This document shows, piece by piece, positions 7,070 through 12,900 of a stretch of 12,900 nucleotides of DNA. The stretch lies in the NCBI GenBank assembly GCA_030587475.2, contig JAUQYZ020000209.1, positions 1 to 12,900 of the forward strand. Reading direction: 5' to 3'. Positions within the stretch are counted from its first letter, which is position 1, and each line of letters opens with the position of its first letter. A model generated the notes under the pieces. It was not told the origin of the DNA, searched no databases, and was given only the letters and a program-made list of their open reading frames with translations. The stretch comes from Candidatus Sigynarchaeum calidifontis. Lineage in GTDB: Archaea > Asgardarchaeota > Lokiarchaeia > Sigyniarchaeales > Sigyniarchaeaceae. Both the position numbers and the translations under genes were made by a program.

Positions 7070-9031
7070 CTACGCGATGGCGGCCTGGATGTAGTGGATC
7101 ATGTCCATAGCTTTCCCCGCGAAGACCTTGTCCTTGATCAAGCCGCCGTCAAGCCAAAATCCAGAGGAATCGAGCGCCAGGTGCGCGCTCCACGCGCTGC
7201 CAAACGTGTTACCGACCGTGTATGTCTTGGTCTTGTACGCGAGCCACTCGGGTATCGAATGGTGCGTGATGTATTCATAATCCGCAACGATGTCATCGAG
7301 GTGGACATCGACGTACCAGCTATATCCCCCGCGAACTGGCGTGTAGGAATATTCAGGCGTCCGGTAGGGGCCGCCGTCCGCGAGGCCGAAGATAGGGATG
7401 TTCGTGCCGAGCTCGTAGAGCCTTGCCCAGCCTTCTTTCGTGATCCCGCCATCCGTGTAGTTGACGCGGGAGCCGTTGAGCCACGCAATGGCCGCGGGGA
7501 TCGGGGCGAGGTAAGCCGGGTCGTTCGTGAAAGCATAGATGTTCATGAGCATCTCGATGGCGCTCTTGGTGCCGTCGGAACTACTGATGGATGGCGGCTC
7601 GAAATTTCGGCCCCAGCATGGCATCTCGGTACGTTCGTCGTATTGCTGCGCCCAGCCTTGCTGGAACGATGACCCGCCGTTGCCCTGTGTTCTTTTCAAA
7701 AAGTCCCCTGCCCGGATGATCATGGCTGGCAAATCGGTCCTTGCAGGAAACATCCGAGCTGCCTTGATCAGCAAGTTGACCGTATCACGCATCGCCCCGT
7801 CGTTGAGCGTGATGCGTGACTGGTAAGAGTATATCGGATAGTTCGAGCATTGCGGCCAGCCACCATTCTCCTTTTCCGTGTCGATCAAGCACTGCAAACC
7901 CTTGTTGATCGCGACGAGGTACTTCGGTTCCAAGGTCACGTTATAGAAATCGAGCAAGAAATCCATGCAACCTTGCATGACATTGTCATCCAGGACGTTG
8001 GCGCGGTTCGGATTCCGCGGGTGCGGTTGATAACCCGGGCCATTCTCGCCATGCCGACGGCCGTCGTAGAAAAACCCGCCGTTTTCCTGATCTTGCACGG
8101 CGACGAGTGCATCCGCAGCTTTCCGGGCCACGTTCAAGTACCGGGTCTCGTTCGTGACCTTGAACATCTCCAGGTAGACCTTGCCGACGAGGCGTGTCCC
8201 GCCTTGCAGCGAGAACTCGTCATAAAAAAGGGGACACCCGTCACCCCGGTCGCTGTACATCACGCCCTCGAGATCCGACCCGATCGGGAACCCGCCCGCC
8301 CGCTGGAGCGTGGTCATCTTCCACATTGCCTTTTCTAGGCTGCGTAGAATGGTCTGGTTCACCAGCGCCGGGTTGTCGAGCTTCGTGCAGTTCACGTGGA
8401 CGGACGGCCAAGTCCAGTCATATGCCGGTTGCGAGAATCGCCCTGGTTCTCGATTGCACGTGTCGGGTTCGGTCAAGTAATAGATCGGCAATGCCACTCC
8501 GACGGTTATCATCATCACGAGCAAGATGACCGTGCTCGTAGTGCCGAGCACCGGTCGCTCGTCACCGCGGCGCTCGGGGCTACCTTTTGCCCGCCATCCG
8601 AGAAAGGACTTGGTCCTCGACCGGGTAAGGATTTCCATGGCCAGCAAGACGTTTCCTGCGAACCCACCCGTGTAGAAGATCATGAACAAGATGAACACGA
8701 CTTTGTCCATGTCGAACAAGATCTCGTCCCACCACGCCACGAATGAAAGCCAGAAGCACGCCACGGCTGCAACGACGCAGCCGATGAATATCATCGCCTT
8801 CAAGATCCCGCGATCCATGCTTGGTTTTTCTGAAGGTCTTCGAATCCCGTGAACGAGTGCCTGGATCGAGATCGGGACGGTTAAAAAGCCGAGACCGATG
8901 AATGCTGGAAGGATGAATGGAACGAGCAAGAAATCATAGCGGTACAAGATCGAGAGAACCACCAAAGCGGCGAGCGCCCCAGCCCCTAGGACGATCCCGA
9001 GTATCTGAAATGGATTGCCACTCCTTGCCAT
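7070..9031 (-). CDS. Membrane-anchored PL10-family (PelA/Pel-15E, pectic acid lyase) polysaccharide lyase-like protein
   Basis: 653 aa. Five N-terminal TM helices (aa ~9-186), then an alpha/alpha-barrel domain with 'LDDN', 'NGGWPQ', 'ITLNDGAM' (D411), 'GWAQQYD', 'WGRNFEPP' (R475/E478) and 'WARLYELGTNIPIF'. Confidence 0.8.
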   Translation of the reverse strand: MARSGNPFQILGIVLGAGALAALVVLSILYRYDFLLVPFILPAFIGLGFLTVPISIQALVHGIRRPSEKPSMDRGILKAMIFIGCVVAAVACFWLSFVAWWDEILFDMDKVVFILFMIFYTGGFAGNVLLAMEILTRSRTKSFLGWRAKGSPERRGDERPVLGTTSTVILLVMMITVGVALPIYYLTEPDTCNREPGRFSQPAYDWTWPSVHVNCTKLDNPALVNQTILRSLEKAMWKMTTLQRAGGFPIGSDLEGVMYSDRGDGCPLFYDEFSLQGGTRLVGKVYLEMFKVTNETRYLNVARKAADALVAVQDQENGGFFYDGRRHGENGPGYQPHPRNPNRANVLDDNVMQGCMDFLLDFYNVTLEPKYLVAINKGLQCLIDTEKENGGWPQCSNYPIYSYQSRITLNDGAMRDTVNLLIKAARMFPARTDLPAMIIRAGDFLKRTQGNGGSSFQQGWAQQYDERTEMPCWGRNFEPPSISSSDGTKSAIEMLMNIYAFTNDPAYLAPIPAAIAWLNGSRVNYTDGGITKEGWARLYELGTNIPIFGLADGGPYRTPEYSYTPVRGGYSWYVDVHLDDIVADYEYITHHSIPEWLAYKTKTYTVGNTFGSAWSAHLALDSSGFWLDGGLIKDKVFAGKAMDMIHYIQAAIA

Positions 9032-9054
9032 GCATGAAGCTTTTTTGTCGGCAG

Positions 9055-9067
9055 TTAAGAATCTTCC
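9055..9067 (-). promoter_or_regulatory. BRE/TATA-like promoter for the PL10 gene
   Basis: GGAAGA-TTCTTAA on the minus strand; the TATA-like part lies 24-30 nt upstream of ATG 9031. Confidence 0.5.
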
Positions 9068-9108
9068 ACGCGATGCTTGATGCCGAGCAAATCAGCGAGA
9101 TCCATGAT

Positions 9109-9915
9109 TTATAGAATGGTGATTGGGAGATACTTGAGCCAATAGTTGCGCAGCCTGGTCGTTAGTGCCGCCACGTCGAAATCAATAAAAAAGTTTCTAT
9201 AATTGTCGATCGCCGCGAGCTTTTCGAGAAAATAGGAGAGATGCTGTTTCTCGGTCGTGATACGCTCCTTGATCCTCTTGAACTCGTAAGCCTCGCCATC
9301 GTGGAACGCGGCGTTCTTCCGCAGCTCGTTCCACCGCAAGTCGGAGAACCCTTGATATGGAATCGTGAGTTGATCGAGGGCTTTACCGAAGTCGATGCGC
9401 ACGATGATGCCTTGCTGGACGATGAAATGGCGCCAATCAACGTCGTACATGCTCAAGACCTGGTGAAAAGCGTGCTGCCTACCGAGCTCGTGAAAATAGG
9501 ATCTCACCTGGTCTTTCTTGAGCGGCTGTCCCTTGACATATGTCGTGATGAGGATGGGTTTCTCCTTTTTTGGTTCTTGTCTCCAGACGCCAAACATGTA
9601 TTTGCGCGGGCACAGCTCCTGGTCGAAAAAATGAATGCCCATGTGGAGGCCAATGACTTCCCGTAAGAACTCGGGCTGCCATAGTTCCTTGATGAAAAAA
9701 AGCGGGATGCCTTCCATGTTGTACACGTGGAACTGCTTGAACTGGTGCCAGATGCCCTTGATTTTCAACGCGCGGCCATCCACCCGGACGTCGAGCTTTT
9801 CCAGGATGTTGGCGATGTTACCCGGCGTGATCTTGCCGTCGATCTCGATGTATGGCAAGATCTCGACGAGGTCGAGCCACGCTCGCCTTGCTTCTCGGTC
9901 GTTCTGTGCAGACAT
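9109..9915 (-). CDS. Hypothetical protein with an atypical protein-kinase-like fold (HipA/CtkA/PI3-4-kinase-like)
   Basis: 268 aa from ATG 9915 (the 40 upstream codons in the ORF track span the intergenic region). Motifs in kinase order: 'FFIK' (K76), 'FLREVIG' (E86), hinge 'LITTYVKG', catalytic loop 'YDVDWRH' (D158…H163), 'RIDFG' (D175). Confidence 0.65.
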   Translation of the reverse strand: MSAQNDREARRAWLDLVEILPYIEIDGKITPGNIANILEKLDVRVDGRALKIKGIWHQFKQFHVYNMEGIPLFFIKELWQPEFLREVIGLHMGIHFFDQELCPRKYMFGVWRQEPKKEKPILITTYVKGQPLKKDQVRSYFHELGRQHAFHQVLSMYDVDWRHFIVQQGIIVRIDFGKALDQLTIPYQGFSDLRWNELRKNAAFHDGEAYEFKRIKERITTEKQHLSYFLEKLAAIDNYRNFFIDFDVAALTTRLRNYWLKYLPITIL

Positions 9916-9925
9916 GGTTGCCTGG

Positions 9926-10019
9926 CCGGGATCATTACCTTTTATTATTTTAAGATTGTTATCACGCCCGATAGGCGAATATGCGTGATATGAAGGATCG
10001 CGGACAAGGAATGACCCGG
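9926..10019. repeat. Nested imperfect inverted repeats filling the propeller-kinase intergenic region
   Basis: Outer arms CCGGG-a-TCATT-a-CCTT (9926-9941) and AAGG-AATGA-CCCGG (10006-10019); inner perfect 8-bp arms TATCACGC (9960-9967) and GCGTGATA (9983-9990). Confidence 0.55.
9940..9953 (-). promoter_or_regulatory. AT-rich TATA-like element upstream of the kinase-like gene
   Basis: TTAAAATAATAAAA on the minus strand, 25-38 nt upstream of ATG 9915. Confidence 0.4.
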
Positions 10020-10028
10020 GGACATAGT

Positions 10029-12596
10029 TCAGCACAAGTCCAGCGTGGCGAGCACCTGCAAACCGTGCATGAGCATGGCCTGGTATGCACCACTTTGCAA
10101 ATCGATTTGTTTCGGAACGGTTAACACGACGACGATTTTTTCGCCACGCCGCTGCACCTTATTGCGCGCGTTGTAGTTGATCGGGATTGCCATCGTCTTG
10201 ATCGTGTCGATGATAATGATGCGGATCACGGATTCTCCCGCACTTGCCGGGCACGAAACAGTCGCGCTGAAGCGCTTCCGGGGCTTGTCGTGAATGAACG
10301 ACTCCACCGTGCAGCTCACATTAGCGTTCGGCCGAGTTTCGATATATCTGCCGGAATGCCGGATCTTGAACGTGCCGACGCCGATGAGCTGGTGCCGGTG
10401 ATTCACGAGACCCCACGTCGTCCAAGTGTCGCGCAACAGTATCCGCAGCAGCGATCGCGTCATCTGGAACAAGGCAGGAAAGAACCGTTTCGCACCGGCG
10501 ACCTTCAAATGTTTTAACATGATGCCGGCCGTGATAGGGCTCGAAGAACCAAGACTTGACAATATCTTGAGATTTTTGGTGCCCCAGTACTTGTCCACGA
10601 CGAGACTGCCGCCATGATTGGCGATGCCATCTGGCTCGATCTTTCCAGCGAAGCGAAGCATGTCCAGGGATATCGTGAAAGAGGTGATCTCGAAATTGCA
10701 GTTTTTTGCTTCCATCGTGAAGAAGTCCCCTTGATATTTGCCTGAAAACGCGTAGACGCTCACCCGCTCCATCGGCACGTAATCCGCGAACTCCTGGACC
10801 GCCCACGCGACGAACGATCGCGTCGCCGGGTCGTGGGCGATGATCGTGAACGGGATGACCAGGCTGGCAAAGCCTATCTGGTTCAAGCTCGGTATGATCG
10901 GTGGCTGGGGGATGGCCATCTTCACGATGTTGAAGACCTTCCCGGGGAAAGAAACGATGCTGGTCTCTCCTGTCTCAGGGGCTGTAACGAGAGGTATCGA
11001 TGAGTTCAGCATCCCGGGCCTTCCGCCGTGTCGATACACCACGCTCACGTTCAATCTATATACCAAGCCTGGTTGCAGTATTTCGAGAGGAATGACATTA
11101 ATCGTGCAGCGGTCACTTTGTAGCTCGACCCGGAACGCGAATGGCGGTGCAGGCTCGACTTTCAAGGTGCCTGGATCGACCTCGACTGGCGATACGCCCG
11201 ATTCGCCATGCATCAAGAGGCGGAGGCTGACGGTCGATACGGGGAAGATCTGGGCCGGCAATGCAGCCGCGTCGACGGCGGCGTGATCGACCTTGCCACC
11301 GGGCGTGACTAGATGCCACGATGCACCAGGAGACTTGGCAGTGAATAATCCGCCACTAACGAAACCCGGGTCATCCGGGTTGACCAGATAATAGTTGTAC
11401 GGGATCCAGATCACGTCACCGCCTGCTGACGCAGTTGCAAGGCCTGCATTGCCTAAAGCGATAGAAGCGTTGATGTTGGGATAGTCTATCTCGCTTGCCC
11501 TTGACATAATGTCATATGACCATCGTATCTTGCCGCTAGGGGTCATGGCGTACAATACCCCGTCGCCACCCCCGACGTAGACGAGATAGGGCTCAGCACG
11601 TTCCGGGTCGGGGCCGACGGACGCGGAGCAGCGGATCGCGTCGCCGATGTAGTATGACCATCGCTGTATTCCTGTAACCGCATCGATCGCATAGAACGTG
11701 CCCGATGTAGAACCGATATAGATGACACCGTCGGGCGCGACGGCCGGAGACGCGTAAACGTGGCCACCGGTCGGGAATGTCCATTTGATCGTACCCTTGC
11801 TTATGCCTTTTCTCTTTCCCTTCCGATTTCCCGGGTCTTTACCTGGATCGATTGCATACACGTTGCCGTTAAATGAAGCAACGAATATCGTGCCATCGTC
11901 CCCGACTGCTGCCGACGACACGAGCGCGCCGCGTAAATCAATTTTCCACCGGAGCTTGCCGGTTTCCATGTCCAGGACATGAAAGTCGTGATCGAAACCA
12001 GGCAAGTAAACGCAACCGTCGCTGCTAAATGAAGGGGCACTCCAGACGAGGAAGCCAGTGCGGTAACCCCAGACGATGCTGCCGTCGTCGGGAGATATCT
12101 TGTACAAGTAAAAATCGTCGTTGGCCGCGTATAAGAAGCCATCGGGGCCGAGCACGATGTTGGCCTCGAACCAGTAGTTTGAGGACAGGGAGAACTGGTC
12201 CTTGGAGCGATCGCGAAGAAAATCCTTGTTCCAGAGCTCTCTCCCGTCGATCATAGAGAACGCGTGAATTTTCCCGTCACCACAAGCAAGATAAATGGCT
12301 TTTTTCACGTCGTCGATGCAAGCCGCGGAGTCGATGATCCCGCCGACATCCACGTGCCAGAGTTCGATGTCGTTCAGTGGATCGATCGCATAAAACTTCC
12401 GATCGGCACTTCCCACGTATATCCTCTCGTCCATATCGATGACGGGCGTGGAAAAAACGCCGTTCCCCGTGCGGAAACGAAAGACGGCGGATTCGGCAAT
12501 GCTTGGCGGCTTCCATGCCAGAGTTGGTGCGAGCCCGCGATTCCGGGTATCGCCACGCATCGAAGGCCAGGGGGATCGTGAACCTTTTTCGACCAT
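10029..12596 (-). CDS. PQQ-binding-like beta-propeller repeat protein with a long uncharacterised C-terminal region including a probable Ig-like domain
   Basis: 855 aa from ATG 12596 (alternative TTG 12602). N-terminal 'SPWPSMRGDTRNRG', then repeated units such as 'KWTFPTGGHVYASPAVAPDGVIYIGSTSGTFYAID' over the first ~400 aa. 'INVIPLEILQPGLVYRLNV' resembles a Big_5/SbsA Ig-like strand pattern. No obvious signal peptide. Confidence 0.85.
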   Translation of the reverse strand: MVEKGSRSPWPSMRGDTRNRGLAPTLAWKPPSIAESAVFRFRTGNGVFSTPVIDMDERIYVGSADRKFYAIDPLNDIELWHVDVGGIIDSAACIDDVKKAIYLACGDGKIHAFSMIDGRELWNKDFLRDRSKDQFSLSSNYWFEANIVLGPDGFLYAANDDFYLYKISPDDGSIVWGYRTGFLVWSAPSFSSDGCVYLPGFDHDFHVLDMETGKLRWKIDLRGALVSSAAVGDDGTIFVASFNGNVYAIDPGKDPGNRKGKRKGISKGTIKWTFPTGGHVYASPAVAPDGVIYIGSTSGTFYAIDAVTGIQRWSYYIGDAIRCSASVGPDPERAEPYLVYVGGGDGVLYAMTPSGKIRWSYDIMSRASEIDYPNINASIALGNAGLATASAGGDVIWIPYNYYLVNPDDPGFVSGGLFTAKSPGASWHLVTPGGKVDHAAVDAAALPAQIFPVSTVSLRLLMHGESGVSPVEVDPGTLKVEPAPPFAFRVELQSDRCTINVIPLEILQPGLVYRLNVSVVYRHGGRPGMLNSSIPLVTAPETGETSIVSFPGKVFNIVKMAIPQPPIIPSLNQIGFASLVIPFTIIAHDPATRSFVAWAVQEFADYVPMERVSVYAFSGKYQGDFFTMEAKNCNFEITSFTISLDMLRFAGKIEPDGIANHGGSLVVDKYWGTKNLKILSSLGSSSPITAGIMLKHLKVAGAKRFFPALFQMTRSLLRILLRDTWTTWGLVNHRHQLIGVGTFKIRHSGRYIETRPNANVSCTVESFIHDKPRKRFSATVSCPASAGESVIRIIIIDTIKTMAIPINYNARNKVQRRGEKIVVVLTVPKQIDLQSGAYQAMLMHGLQVLATLDLC

Positions 12597-12630
12597 ATTC
12601 AACGCGCCGATAGTTCAATTTCACACCGCA

Positions 12631-12644
12631 TGATTAAAAAATCA
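12631..12644. promoter_or_regulatory. Palindromic AT-rich element between divergent genes (shared TATA and/or operator)
   Basis: TGATT-AAAA-AATCA. TTAAAAA (12634-12640) is 25-31 nt before ATG 12665 and reads TTTTTAA on the minus strand, about 40 nt before ATG 12596. Confidence 0.45.
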
Positions 12645-12664
12645 CCATCCCGAAGAGATCGATC

Positions 12665-12900
12665 ATGTTATTCGAAGAGTTCAATCTGGTCGAGTGGATC
12701 GAGACAAATACATGGATTATCTATCTAGCCGTGTTTTCAATTTTAGCCATCAACGCGGGGCTGGCGGTTGCGACCCTATTCATTGCGAGACGTGCGGAGG
12801 ATCGACACTGGACGTTTTTTGCTGTCGTTTTTAACCTTGGCATCTTGGGATTCATCATCTACTTTCTCCGGTGGCGTAAAAAGCTTCAAGCGACGACCTA
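12665..12900 (+). CDS. Small two-TM membrane protein (PLDc_N-like hairpin); runs to the window edge
   Basis: Not in the ORF track. Translates MLFEEFNLVEWIETNTWIIYLAVFSILAINAGLAVATLFIARRAEDRHWTFFAVVFNLGILGFIIYFLRWRKKLQATT, then 'TA' at 12899-12900 (stop or Tyr). The W…GxxGxIIY pattern resembles PLDc_N. Confidence 0.65.
   Translation, partial: MLFEEFNLVEWIETNTWIIYLAVFSILAINAGLAVATLFIARRAEDRHWTFFAVVFNLGILGFIIYFLRWRKKLQATT

Noticed and set aside
6678-7070. Exact 13-nt direct repeat CACGTGACATTCC at 6678-6690 and 7058-7070
   Set aside because: About one 13-mer match is expected by chance in 12.9 kb; one copy is inside the GNAT coding region and nothing suggests an insertion.
150-9031. Treating URO-D, flippase, M23, ThuA, GNAT and PL10 as one carbohydrate-utilisation operon
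   Set aside because: Mixed orientations, dinB in the middle, individual promoters and terminators, and no sugar uptake system or regulator in the window.
9960-10031. Selenocysteine readthrough of the propeller's Cys-TGA end with the downstream hairpin as SECIS
   Set aside because: The hairpin lacks the AUGA/GA quartet and apical AA pattern on the coding strand, and the readthrough peptide is unremarkable.
9916-10035. 40-aa N-terminal extension of the kinase-like ORF from GTG 10035
   Set aside because: It overlaps the propeller stop and crosses the AT-rich, hairpin-forming spacer; ATG 9915 has a TATA-like element at a suitable distance.
1-12900. CRISPR array, tRNA/rRNA, transposase, integrase or reverse transcriptase/DGR
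   Set aside because: No regularly spaced repeats, no convincing tRNA cloverleaf, spacers of at most about 135 nt, and no ORF with the relevant catalytic motifs.
1-12900. Visible abundance of TCGA/GATC and scarcity of CTAG
   Set aside because: Appears uniform across the window and is explicable by codon usage and common genome-wide bias; I could not quantify it.

Overview
A gene-dense 12.9-kb window that reads as archaeal. The DinB ends in a PCNA-type PIP box, TATA-like boxes sit about 24-31 nt before several start codons, oligo-T terminators follow several genes, and N-glycosylation sequons cluster in the predicted extracellular domains. An Asgard/Lokiarchaeia-type host is my best guess (inference). 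Genes in order: URO-D/MtaA-like TIM-barrel protein (+), truncated coiled-coil gene remnant (+), MOP-superfamily flippase (-), doubly membrane-anchored M23-family peptidase (-), ThuA-like protein (-), DNA polymerase IV/DinB (+), GNAT acetyltransferase (-), 5-TM-anchored PL10 pectate-lyase-like protein (-), an unannotated atypical HipA/PI3K-like kinase (-), a large PQQ-like beta-propeller protein (-), and a small 2-TM protein at the right edge (+). I saw no rRNA, tRNA, CRISPR array or transposase. Best leads: the orphan kinase with its beta-propeller neighbour, separated by a ~100-nt structured, possibly inserted element, and the surface-tethered polymer-cleaving enzymes (M23, PL10) in an apparent archaeon.
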